29,889 nucleotides of DNA, from NCBI GenBank assembly GCA_002269645.1, contig NIVC01004967.1, forward strand, positions 1 to 29,889, read 5' to 3'. Origin of the DNA: Macrostomum lignano. Lineage: Eukaryota. This document shows positions 18,685 to 29,889 of this stretch, in pieces (the stretch's first letter is position 1; each line of letters starts with the position of its first letter). The position numbers and the translations under genes are program-made. The notes under the pieces are model-generated. The model ran no database searches, was not told where the DNA came from, and saw nothing but the letters and a program-made list of their open reading frames with translations.

Positions 18685-19426
18685 ATTACGGTGTGTCTAA
18701 ATGCACGAACTCTCACTTCCGGACCAATTGTCTGGGCACGGAATTGAATGATCACTTACTTTTCACGGGCTCCTCTTCTTGTAGGTCAGATTCCAACGGC
18801 GCGCAGGGGTTGAATTCTGAAGTCGGGCGAGTATAAGAGCAGTTTTAGTAATCGTAACGCTTTAATCCGTCGACATTAGTTTCTTCCTCGTATTCAGTGA
18901 TCAGAATCAGGGATGCTCCCTCTTAATAAAATAAACTCTATGACAGTAACGAGGTCCTCGAGGAAGGGCGTCTTCTTCTAGAAAAAACAGAATCAGAGTC
19001 GTGTGCTCTTAGCTGTTACTCTAGGGTACCAAATCAATAAATCGATAATCGTTTAAGAGTATCGGAATTGGTCCAATGGATCGTATCCAATCCCTTAGTA
19101 ATTACTAATCCCTTAGCTCTAACTAACCAAATAACAAAGACTTCAACAAAGGCTTACCGATTGGTGTAAACTTCTCTCAGAGATGTAGCGTCGTTCCAGT
19201 AGTAGTTCTGGATGGGTCTCAAGTTCTCTTGAGGCTGCTCCGAGTCTGAAATTTCAGCTCGGATTGTTGTTTGAGTGATTGTTTAATTGTCGCGCCTGTT
19301 AATACGCACGGCGCGTTGAAAATAAACACCTTAACAGAAGTTGAACTGATTTTTTGAGGTTTACAAATTTTATCCTTAATGCGATTGCCTTTTCATTTTG
19401 CACTATTTAGTGCAAATAAGTGTAGC

Positions 19427-19830
19427 ACTGTCCACCATTGAGTACCCGAAAACCGTGGCACAGTGAGTACATATTACGCTCGTATCCATCATTGAGCACT
19501 CAGAATTTGTGACAGTGAGCACATATTGTCTATTATTGAGTACTCAGAATCTGTGACAGTGAGCACACATTGTCCACCATTGAGTACTCAGAATCTGTGA
19601 CAGTGAGCACACATTGTCCAACATTGAGTACTCAGAATCTGTGACAGTGAGCACACATTGTCCACCATTGAGTACTCAGAATCTGTGACAGTGAGCACAC
19701 ATTGTCCAACATTGAGTACTCAGAATCTGTCACAGAGGGCACATATTGTCTATTATTGAGTACTCAGAATCTGTGACAAATGAGCACCGATTGTCCACCC
19801 TTGAGTACCTAGAGTGAGCAGACATTGTCC
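19427..19830. repeat. 44-bp minisatellite, about 9 copies, with a palindromic core
   Basis: Unit ACATTGTCCACCATTGAGTACTCAGAATCTGTGACAGTGAGCAC. TGTC anchors at 19527, 19571, 19615, 19659, 19703, 19747 and 19792. Confidence 0.95.
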
Positions 19831-20346
19831 TCTCAAGGACCACTGAAGTCACTTCGTTAGGTAGTCTTCTAAAGTAGGCCTTGTGTCTTCTCTTGAGTTC
19901 CCAGAGGGTGACAAAATGAGCTCTTTAGTGACAATGGCAACCGTTCTTTAGCTAGGCAGATGTTTTGGACCTTCAATCGGTGACTATGGACATCCGGCTT
20001 CGAATTACTCTAATGTCGTTTATCAAGCCTTGACGCTGGAAACCATTTCCTAGTATAAAAAACAGTAGAAACTTATTCCTACTATTAAATGTCAAAGATT
20101 CTTTTGTGCAAGCTGATCGTTTAAATTAATGAAGCCCGACTGTCACTTCCAGGCACTGTTCAGCATCAATAACTTTTCACAAATTGAACATGCTCTGTCG
20201 TGTTGTCCCCAAGCGCGAAGCGAAGGCCTTAAAAGTCCTCGATGACACAAGTAGCTTCCACCTGATAGTTGAACTCTCATGCAGAGTCTCGATCGCTGTG
20301 CAAAAATCGGCCGACTTGATTGTCTGTAAGGTCTAAAATTGGCTCA

Positions 20347-20974
20347 AAAGGGGATGTGTACTTAAAAGTCAAAATGGAGCCTGAAGCATTGGGTCCAGAT
20401 TTCTCTAAGCCAATCCTTTCATTTGGAGCCCAATAGCTCCCGTTATGCCAAAAACCCGACCACTTTAGCATTTGGGGATCTCTATGGGGAGAAATGGGAT
20501 AAATAGGGATTTCATGTGAACTTAAAGCTCTATGAGCTTGAAATACTTAAATGACAAGATGACCAAGACGACCATATTACCAGAGCATTAGCATAGTCAT
20601 CTGGCGACCCATCTGGCGACCAGATCAATCAGTCCCAGAACGACCACACCACAGGCTCTGCTGAAGAGGGACAGCTGCACGTCGAACATCGCCCGCCGCC
20701 GGCAACTTCAGCCGCCCCGACTAAGGATCCTCCCGTCTCATCCCCAGTTACTGCCTCGTCATCTGTTTCATGACGTCAACGCCCTCCTTACCCCCATGAC
20801 TGCAATGATGCAGCAGAATCAGCTCCGGCCGCTCTCATCCGCTCCACTGTCCTTTTGAAGGTTCGTCTCCCGACAATCAACGGCGCTGACCCTGCCGCAT
20901 TCCCGTAGTCCCGTATAGAAATCGGGACCCAATGCTTTAGGCTCCATTCTGACTCTTAAGTACACATCCCCTTT
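20347..20974. mobile_element. MITE-like or foldback element with 58-bp inverted repeats
   Basis: 20347-20404 and 20917-20974 are reverse complements with 4 mismatches. No TSD identified. Confidence 0.6.
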
Positions 20975-21099
20975 GAAAGAGTAATGTCCAAAAGTACACT
21001 GACTGTACAAACCTGTTTAACAGCCGTTGCTACGCTCGTAACAGGCCCGATTGGGCCAATAGGGCCGATTTTATGTTTGCCTGTCTGAGTTGCTATAAC

Positions 21100-21106
21100 T
21101 ATAAAA
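21100..21106 (+). promoter_or_regulatory. TATA box of the WSC-PAN gene
   Basis: TATAAAA about 80 nt upstream of the ATG at 21185. Confidence 0.6.
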
Positions 21107-21184
21107 GAGAGTCCTATTTGACTGGAGATGCCGAACTGCTTACCACAAACTCAGCTGCTCAAAAAAATCTCTCTGAGCAGTGAA

Positions 21185-21923
21185 ATGTTCCGCCCAGCAG
21201 CGACTCTCTGCGTTCTGTTCTGCACTGCCTTCCTGTTGACTTTCGTCACCTGCAGGTTCGTCCGCTTCTCCTACCTGGGATGCTACGAAGACCGATCCTC
21301 AGCCAGAGACCTGAACGGGCTCAGTGGAGTCAGCAAGATTGGTGGATTTGATGTCGATAACGGGCGAGTCAGAAGTACTACGGAGATGTCGCACGAGCTG
21401 TGCAGCGGCATCTGCTCGATAGGCAGCTTCCCGTACTTCGGAGTGCAGCATAAAAAAGAGTGCTACTGTGGTCACTCATACGGATCCCATGGCTTGGTGA
21501 GCGAAGCCGACTGCAGCAGGGATTGCGTGGGAAACGCAATGCAGAAATGTGGCGGCGGCTACAGAAACTCCGTGTTCTCCCTGAGCTACCCAGGTACTGT
21601 TCTGATTTCTAAGTCTTAGTACCTATAGCCAGAATGAAAGCATGCTAATTATTTAAAAGTTGCATCTTCGTTGAACTTCAGTTTCAGACAACAACATCTA
21701 CACGGTAGTGAAGCAGTCCAGCCCTCCCGTGACATCCGGTACGACTTCCGTCTGGCCTGTCGCTGCCCAGTCCGTCGAGGACTGCCTGCTCCGGTGCAGC
21801 GCCAGAGCCGACTGCCAGGCCGCCGTTTTCTCCCGACAGGAGCTCGCCTGCCACCTGCTGGAGTTCGTGTACCCGCCTGGCCACCTGAGCGGACCCGAGT
21901 GGACTCTATTCGTGCGTGGCTGA
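21185..21923 (+). CDS. Secreted WSC + PAN/apple-domain protein, 214 aa, two exons (21185-21593, 21688-21923)
   Basis: Signal peptide MFRPAATLCVLFCTAFLL. WSC motifs YLGCY, C..IC, YFGVQ...ECYCG and C...C.G...QKCGG. Phase-1 intron G|GTACTG...CTAAT...TTTCAG|AC joins in frame to CLLRC...CQAAVF...CHL. AATAAA at 22023-22028. Confidence 0.9.
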
Positions 21924-22447
21924 GCTCGCGAGTGGTGCGGTGACCGACTGGCTTAGTTGAGCATGGACTGAAGCAGACTGTATCAACCCGTCCTTGATGC
22001 GAAATCCCACATCTTCGAGACAAATAAAGGTCCAACCTAAAAAGCTCTGTTGGTTTTATTGCAGAAAATCTGATTGAAGGGTTCCGTTCGTTTCTGTACT
22101 GTTTTTGGCGCTGAATAACTTCCTCTTGAAAAATCATTAGTAATGGATTTTAAACTTTCCGGTTTTTTTCTATTTGATTAAATTCAAATAAGTATCATTG
22201 AGTGGTAAAACAAAACAGAATCATTTCAAAATTAGAGATTTTCGCTTTTATTTGTATTTTTCTGGATGCTTTTGCTTCCAAAGAGACGGCTGCTTTGTGG
22301 AATCGCATTTCGGCATTACTCTTCTAGGTACTTTGTAGCTTGAAATTACTATGAGAATCAACCTTGGACAAAACATACGCTTGCTTCGTTTGCAATTTTT
22401 TAATTCCCAAGTTGACTTTTTACATAATACCCAGCGACATTAAAAAG

Positions 22448-24118
22448 TCGCCATCACAGAAGATTCTACCTGTGGTCGCCACTTTTCAGAGTGCAGGTAA
22501 AGTCTCTCAATCTTTGCGAGTGACGCAGCACAGCTACGCCGCGGCAGTCTTGAGTTGAGAAATGAAGTGGGGGGAGCGGTGTGCGAGGGTTAAACAGATT
22601 AAAGCTACCCCGATCAGTTTTCTCGTATATTCCAAGAGTCCAAACAGTCCAAGAGAAATTGCACACTGGCGCATAGAGTGGCGACTTTTCAACGTTGTTG
22701 GGTATACACTCATATACGGTAGCTTTCTCACCTCTATGTTCTTCCATGACTGTAGTTTGTTTGCCTATGGACTCAAGCAACTCTGTAATTAATCATCCCA
22801 CACAACCAACGGCAATTCTGCCAATTCAGCTGATTCCTAAACACATACCAGCTCGCAAATACTGTATACAGGCACGCAATCATGCACACTCTCACATAGG
22901 GTACACAGCGAAACTGAATTTATGACCATCAGGCATATACACTGTCCTGGGGGTTGGACCTGATGCGTGTACGTTCGTGGGAATCATACGACAACACATG
23001 TTGCTAATTGTCGTATACAAGACCCAAATTGATGCAGCTGGAATCTGGAATCGAATTATCGAACTAGTGGCGCGATCGAGTCAGGTGCGGGTTCTTCTGC
23101 TATAAGCAACGTTGCAGCTGCGGAAACAGTCCATGACGCTTAACAATAGATCAATTGTTGCTCGCTTCCTGCAGGTGGGATTTTTGCTTGATTTCCTTTA
23201 GACCGCCCAGGCTTAACTTCCGTCAAGGATGTGCGGGCTAACTTTTACCATCTTTAGGGCAGCAACCGAAAGCAAAAGATGCATGGCTTAAAAGACGATG
23301 CAAAACATTAGAAAAGCTTTTCTTCGGCATCTCCTTGACAAAGTCACAATAGTGGAAATAGTTTCCGCAATTCCAACTGTAGAACTATGGAAGTCTGCGG
23401 AGCATTGAGCCATTGTTTAACGCATTCAGATATACCCGAAAGATCTCATTTTTAATGACACGCGCCTGCATGGCATGGCTAAAGTCTGTGGCTACCAGAA
23501 CAATTGCATTAGACTTTCGCTTCACTATAGACCCCCTATAAGCTTCGATCGATTTCAAAAGTTAGTCTGGAAATGGATGGAGCAATGGAAAATTAGGCCA
23601 GCAAGGAGTGTGATCCGACAGCAATACTGATGTTCCACTAAAGCTCGGATCCTGAGTGCGCTTCTCTTATCTGCAGGGGCGTCGCCACCGAGGGGGGGGG
23701 GACATGTCCCTCAGTAAAAGCTATGGGGGGCCAGATCTTTGTTCCCGAGGAATTGTGAAAACCGATGATACCAATGGCGAATACAACTAAAACTTTCTTT
23801 GTTGCACGACATGTTTCGCTGAACACGCAGTATCGTCAGGTATACTCAGAAACATCGAAAATTCGCCATCACAGAAGATTCTACCTGTGGTCGCCACTTT
23901 TGAGAGCGCAGGTAAAGTCTCTCAATCTCTGCGAGTGACAGAACATAGCTACACCGTGGCAGACTTGAGTTGAGAAATGAAGTGTGGGAGCGGTGTGCGA
24001 AAGTTAAAGACGGATTAAAGCTACCCCGATCAGTTTTCTCGTATCGTTTAGTTCAGAATAGTCCAAGAGAAATTGCTCACTGGCACATAGAGTGACGACT
24101 TTTCAATGTTGCTGAGTA
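22448..24118. repeat. Dispersed direct repeat of about 257 bp (22448-22704 and 23863-24118), roughly 85% identical
   Basis: Both start TCGCCATCACAGAAGATTCTACCTGTGGTCGCCACTTTT and stay collinear. Confidence 0.92.
23674..23745 (+). mobile_element. Single hAT-like terminal fragment
   Basis: CAGGGGCGTCGCCA...G-run...GGGACATGTCCC resembles hAT-type ends. The partner TIR was not seen. Confidence 0.4.
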
Positions 24119-25205
24119 AATTAGTGAGAACCAACACGGACGCAAAATATAAATTTGAGCACGGTGTACAGATTAGCTATAAATGCGCAAACATAATTTA
24201 CATAGTCGATGGAACTAGAAGATTCTGAGGTGCACACTGCTGCCTCTCCCTGCTAGTTGAACGTTTAGGGAGGGTTTGAAATCTTTGATGTGCGTTGACG
24301 ACACTCATTTTCTAATACGATCTTATAAGTTTGTTTTACTTGTACATCGAAAAATTAAAAAAATTGAGTTCATATACTCTCGGTTTTTCTCCGTCCGCTG
24401 TTTACTCCCTCTGCGCATGGCTTTTGTCCTGTGCCGTAAGACAACCTCTTTAAGCGAAGACTTAATTAGTTTATTATGTGTAAAATTCAGTTATATTTCG
24501 CCAACTTCAGCTTCAACCAATTGGAAACTTAGATTGATCGATCTCTTTATTTAGTAATTACTACATTAATAAATACTGCTCATGCTGTGGGTTCAGCGAA
24601 CCATGCCGTGCAACAAATAACTATTTAGTTTTATTCACCATCGATATCATCGGTATCCACAAATATTCGAAATAAGCAGAATGTATCCTCATACGTTCGG
24701 GACTTGTCAAAATAATTAAAATATAATCCAAGATGCGTTTCCAAGTCATACTAGTGAAATTCCAAACAGCTGTGAATCAGCGCCTACGAGAAAGCGGTTA
24801 CCTGAGCATTGGCATGAAAGTTGATATTTCATCGAATGAAAGTTGGTATTGAAGCTAAATTGTGCTCATTTGTAATGTAGTTAGCGATGGAGCACGGCTG
24901 CTCAGTTTTGGATGCTGTGGTCACCACAGTGTATAAATGCATCCGACCATGGTCGCTGGACTTTGTAGGCATTGAACTTGAGATGACCGTCCTGCTGTTG
25001 ATGACAGAAATTACGATCTAAGCAGGGAAGGATCAAACAAGCAATGCTTTCGAGTGATCTCCTGCAAAGACTGGGGATACTCGTCCAAAAGTGCAATCTT
25101 TACAATCAACAAATTTTTGCCAACAGTCAGTTTTTTCTTACGTGTCTTTCGTGCATCGCTTCATTGAGCAATTGCCGGTAAGCTGCAGTAACTCGACTAA
25201 ATGAC

Positions 25206-25693
25206 TGTGTACCCCCCCCCAGGGATGAACCGGGAGCTGCGAACCCGTCTATTCCTACTCTAATACTGCGAGAGTTCACTGCATAACTCGTTTCCATGCG
25301 CGGCACCCCGGTAAGTAAAGAGACTCGCACCTGCAGTTTGTCGAAATCCAACAACGCGCCCGAATGCACCGCTAACTGTTGCGTATATTTTGCTATTCAC
25401 TTCACTACCGTCAGTGGGACACAGGGCGCGCGCATAAATAGCAAAGCAAAAATGGGGAGAGTTAAACCGACAGACAAAGCAAGTACACCCAACCCAACTG
25501 GCTAGCCAATCACAAGCCGCCGCGGGAAGGGTGGGGCAACAGAGCTGGCCCGCGCACGAGCTGACCGGGCCCTGGGCAGGCCGTAGCCAGACTAGAGCGA
25601 GGCCTATAAAGCCCCCAAACCCCAGCCCGACCGGCCGGCCCGGTGAGAGAAAAGGCCGGGGGGAAGCCCTCACTGACGCAGCACGGCACAACA
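25206..25693 (+). promoter_or_regulatory. GC-rich promoter-like or solo-LTR-like island
   Basis: AGCCAATCA at about 25505 and CTATAAAGCCC at about 25606 in a GC-rich patch. TG start at 25206 and candidate CA end at 25672 with near-TSD ATGAC/CTGAC. Confidence 0.35.
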
Positions 25694-27401
25694 GGACCAA
25701 TGCGCTCTTCTTCGGCTAAGCGCATCCGTCGAAAATTTGGATAGACGCTGTTGTCATGGCAAAAAATGTATTCTCCTTTGACAAGCAGCAGTCCCACTGC
25801 TCCGAAATTTGGAGGGCCCGTTTCATAATAAAAGTGTAAATTTTGCTTCATCCAACTACTTTGCAAGACGCTTTTACAGGTCCAAAAAGGACAATTACGT
25901 TTTCTGGAAAGATGGAGTTCAAATTTGGCGGTAGCCCTTCATTTTAAGACAAAAGATGACAGTGCTTCGCAGTGACTTACATATAGGGGTTTCATTTAGC
26001 AGCGCCTTAAAATTATATACTTCGACCTATTGGAAGTCTCCGATTGGACTGCATCAACGTTGAATCTCGACATTTGAAACGTCCTTGAACTACTTCACGA
26101 TTGTGTGAGCTAATACGAGCGTAGTATCAAATGGAAGGCTACATTTGTGGTTCTCTTATACTCGTAAGCCAAAAAGATTCGCAATTGAAATGGTGTTCAA
26201 TTATCGATCTTTCGGTGGGCGGAAGCCTTTTAGCTTATAGCTGTTTATCTGACGAGCTTGCAATGCGAATCAAAGAAAACAACAATATATGAAGTATTCG
26301 ATTGGATTTTCCTTCTCACTAAGCTCGCAAGCACCTACACTTAATCTAATTCAGAGTGAACGAGCTACTCTTGTCATCAACGATTCATGTACTTTAAGCT
26401 TTAGCAAGGACTAGGGTGCAGCAAAGCGTTCATTGATGTCTTCCATCAATTTTTTTGATATATCAACGATATATTTCATTGATGTATAACAATTATAAGC
26501 CAATAAATTATAAGCCAATAAAGATTCCAATCAAAGGCTTATATACAGCCGAGCCCACCCAATTCGAACCGAAATCCACTTTATGTACTTCTTTTTAAGT
26601 GTTGTAATTAACAAATGTTGTAGCTCTTAATTTTTTCCCGCATACTCTTTTTCGTCTGTATCATGAGAATATACAAAATACGTAGCACATGTACAGTAAT
26701 GATGGCAGCTTAATATAGATTGATTATATTACAACCGAATTAATTCTACAAGGTTTTTTAAAGACATTGACGGTGACGTTGAGAAACGATTATGATGAGA
26801 CAATCTATTATACTTTGCTCAATATAGTACATTTAATTTGTTTACTAGACACCGTCATAAAGCTGAAAAATGTGCACAATATGTTTAGTTCGTAAAAGTA
26901 CAAGCGATATTTATGTCAATAACCGAAACCAAATGAAACAAAATATATTTCAAAGGCAACTTTTTGAGTACAAAAACGCAGTGTGTACAAAAAGGTACAG
27001 TTATTAAATCATACATCTAATCGCTGTAATTTTGTGCATGTATGCGTAAAACAAACGTTAATAATATTAAAACGCTTTTTAGGCTTTATGGTTTTCAACA
27101 AAAACTTTTTAGAGAATAAAGTTGTTTTTCATTTTTCTACTTTTAAACCTCAATTCAATTTAATAATTCAACAAAATCTGCATGTCGGCTCACGAAAACG
27201 AGAATGGATATCAAGTCGTCTTTTCAAATAAAGTCGATCGGTAGCTACGCAAAATTACAAAAACTGCATGATAGATAATCGAAAAATATAGAAACAACAA
27301 AAGAGCAACAGATACATTTTGAAAGAAACAGAACGACATGGGTTGCAAATATTTTTTACTAAACAGATTACTAAATTAGATAAACAAGTACACTTGGAGC
27401 T

Positions 27402-27533
27402 TCATCCGACCGTCTCCTTTGTAGCCTGCCTGGTTAGGACGGCGGCTCTCTTGCCAGCTGTAACTTTTCGCTGAAGTTGCTGCTCTCCGTCACTCAGTTC
27501 TACTGCTTTGTCGTCGTCATCTTCAAATCGTTC
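27402..27533 (-). CDS. Possible terminal exon of a host gene
   Basis: CTTTAG| then ERFEDDDDKAVELSDGEQQLQRKVTAGKRAAVLTRQATKETVG*, GC-richer than the flanks. Confidence 0.35.
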   Translation of the reverse strand, partial: ERFEDDDDKAVELSDGEQQLQRKVTAGKRAAVLTRQATKETVG

Positions 27534-27726
27534 CTAAAGATTTGATCAATCGGTTGTTTTTCATTAATTAAATCGATTGTAGAACTTTCTGTTTTCTTAT
27601 ATTCAGTTTTCTTAGTTTCTTGTTTAAAAAATGGTGAGCTTCAGGTGCCCTAAAAAGTGTCCCTCGATATTGGGAAAATCAGGTAAATTTAACTAAAGTG
27701 TAACCGAAATCTAGGTAGTGTAGCTT

Positions 27727-27913
27727 CTCCGTACAACAATATGTCGTTGGCGACGTCTAGCCGACGTTCTCGACGTCTCTCGACGTCCATGACAAATATG
27801 CGCTTTTACAGTTACATTATCTGAACGTCGATGTAAAAGCACATGTTTGTCATAGATGTCGATAGGCGTCGGCAATGTTGGCCCACTGGCCGACGTCGGA
27901 TTGCTGTAAGGGG
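27727..27913. mobile_element. 187-bp imperfect-palindrome (foldback) MITE
   Basis: Inner arms 27789-27810 and 27832-27853 match 20/22 and the symmetry extends outward through CGACGT repeats. Confidence 0.75.
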
Positions 27914-28499
27914 TCTGAGTCTTGAACTGTCCGACCAAAGGCTGATAATGAGCAAAATTGCTGTAAACATGCAGACAAATAGTCCTATTTTTGTTTAATT
28001 TAATTTGGAAAATAAAATTTTTTTATCCATTAGTATCACACGCGAGTTAGTGAAGGAAAAAACAAGTTAGAGATCGTGACGCAAAAAGCAGAAATGACTG
28101 TATGAATTTTGAATCAAAACGTTTCACAATTACATAAAACATCACATCACAACACTTCAAGGTACTGAATTAAGTGAATCAAAGCCTTTCAATTCTGTAA
28201 TAATTCACTTAATAATTATTTATTGGAAGATTTGTTAGCTCAGTCAAAAATAAATTAGGTATATTATTACACGATTACATAGAGTTTTTCAATCACTCAA
28301 TTCGTTTATAAAAGCTCACTTAAATAAAGCGCGCGTAAAAATCGCTCTATTCGTCGTTTACATATGATGGTTGCCAAAAGTAGTGAAATTTTCCTACTTC
28401 TGTTTAATTCTTATCGTAAGCGTTCTACCCGTTGCATGCTTAGATGCATTTACAGCGACTACTGCCGTAGAACGCTGCACTCGATTTTCTTAGAAATGA

Positions 28500-28631
28500 C
28501 CCGAACAGCAATGCGACCTTGTCGACTTCGGCAGACGTTCCCGATGTCTTTGAAATATCTAATTTTTATTTCATCGATGGATAACAAAGTCATGAGTATG
28601 GAACGTCGGCCGACGTCGGATTGCTGCTGGG
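28500..28631. mobile_element. 132-bp MITE with TIRs related to the 27727-27913 element
   Basis: CCC..CAGCAAT.CGAC left end versus GTCGGATTGCTGCTGGG right end. GGCCGACGTCGGATTGCTG is shared with the first element. Confidence 0.65.
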
Positions 28632-29740
28632 GTGAGCTGGAGAGCGGTAGTTAGTCCAAATTATGTGTGTCGTATTGCTAGTGTATTTTAGGATGCTTAG
28701 AATTTCTTTTTCGCCAAAGAAAATCTCATTCCTGAAAGCATGCTGTTCTAGAAATGCACCAGCGAAACAACAAATGCACATTCGTTACCGGCCTTCGACA
28801 CATATCTTAGAAAATCGAGTGGTAGAGTCCTTCGACTTCTGAGATTTTAATGAACAGCAGTTTTCGATCGGCCATATCCAGATTATAGGAAGTTCATCAT
28901 GTTTCAAACTTTTTCCAAAAATCCTATTTATGGCGAAAGTTTGAATCTTCTATGCAGCCGATCGATTCGACATGATTTTCCGATTTTTCGACATGCATCG
29001 CTCGACATGTATAAGTTAAAATGGTTACTTAAGAAATCGACAACAATTTATCACACTTCAATTTTGTTACAGCTAGAGCCTAATAAAAATCGTTTAAAGT
29101 CAGGTCGATTTAAAAGAAGAATTCGTGTTTTCTTTCTGTGAGAAAGGAAATGCGCGCTCTATTTATTCGTTTCATGCTAAAAAAAGTTTTTAGAGTGCCA
29201 CAAACCTTCTCGGTCTCTTATCGTCGTCGTCCTGCATGTATTTTAAAACATTTTTGGCACAAATATTACTAGTAGCTAGTTTGGAGATCATTTTTTGATA
29301 GACAACATCGAGATACGTATAAAAGCGCACAGATTTTATAACATCATTCGATTAAAAATGATGGCTTACACTTCTAACAAATTAAAAAGAGTGTCTCTAA
29401 GAGTTATATAAACATTTGTCGAATATTCAAATCGGTACGAGACAACGAGCTTAAAAACTTAGTCTACAATTCTCAGAACTGTTTTAGCTATACTAAAGGA
29501 CCAGCTCTGCAACATTAGTTTCTATGCGTAAGACATAATAGCTTAGAAGCACATCATAAAATACAACACTACCCAAAACCATTACAATAATCAAATCTCC
29601 CATCACCAGATTTTTATTGTGTTAGCTTATGCAACGGGTTTTCACTAACAACAGATTAAGCAGTATTCTACTCGTACATATACTCTCACGTACGGAATGT
29701 ACTAAAATATTCTACCACATAAATTATGGAGCTCAGTGGA

Positions 29741-29815
29741 TTATTGAAGTTTAGGCTGCGTTTTAGCGCGGACTTCAGTAGCAGCTTCAGCGCCTGCCTC
29801 TCGGGCAGCGAATTC
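29741..29815 (-). CDS. Possible terminal exon of a host gene extending beyond the window
   Basis: Acceptor TTTTATTCCTAG| then EFAAREAGAEAATEVRAKTQPKLQ*. AATAAA on minus at 29618-29613. Confidence 0.3.
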   Translation of the reverse strand, partial: EFAAREAGAEAATEVRAKTQPKLQ

Positions 29816-29889
29816 CTAGGAATAAAATTAACAAACGAGCGAACAATTGCAACGAACATACTCAAATTGCTGCGGAGTTTTTTGTTACA

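Noticed and set aside
19427-19830. CRISPR array
   Set aside because: The units are contiguous near-identical 44-mers with no unique spacers, there are no cas genes, and the context is eukaryotic.
25009-25178. Open 56-codon stretch ending in a GTAAGC donor
   Set aside because: Weak acceptor, no recognisable domain and no linked exons, so it cannot be supported without transcript data.
26491-26520. 15-bp tandem duplication AATTATAAGCCAATA
   Set aside because: Ordinary local slippage in AT-rich DNA.

Overview
Eukaryotic, probably invertebrate, genomic DNA dominated by nested mobile elements. The small introns and the WSC+PAN gene are reminiscent of flatworms such as Macrostomum, but this is inference only. 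(1) 1-~7925: a Maverick/Polinton (adintovirus-like) endogenous element. It carries a protein-primed PolB broken only by indels in or next to short homopolymers, an adenovirus pX-like protein, an intact DDE integrase, a parvovirus-type PLA2 protein and two or three accessory genes. It also shows a repeated palindromic promoter-like motif (AGGGT-N4-ACCCT plus an A7 tract) ahead of two genes, and a 30-bp symmetric bidirectional intergenic region. (2) ~7925-9479: an internally deleted Ty3/gypsy element with PPT and 3' LTR, followed by a compound 27-bp/12-bp minisatellite. (3) ~12840-18600: a decayed APE-type LINE not visible in the ORF track. It is split exactly at its conserved HW|GS codons by a second Ty3/gypsy (Mag-like) element and later rearranged by a 212-bp duplication enclosing a 345-bp templated copy of its own 5' region. 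(4) 19427-19830: a 44-bp palindrome-containing minisatellite. (5) 21185-21923: an intact two-exon secreted WSC+PAN gene. (6) The rest: MITE-like and foldback elements, dispersed repeats and possible host exons. No capsid, packaging ATPase, protease or TIR of the Maverick is visible in the window. No rRNA, tRNA or CRISPR array is supported.
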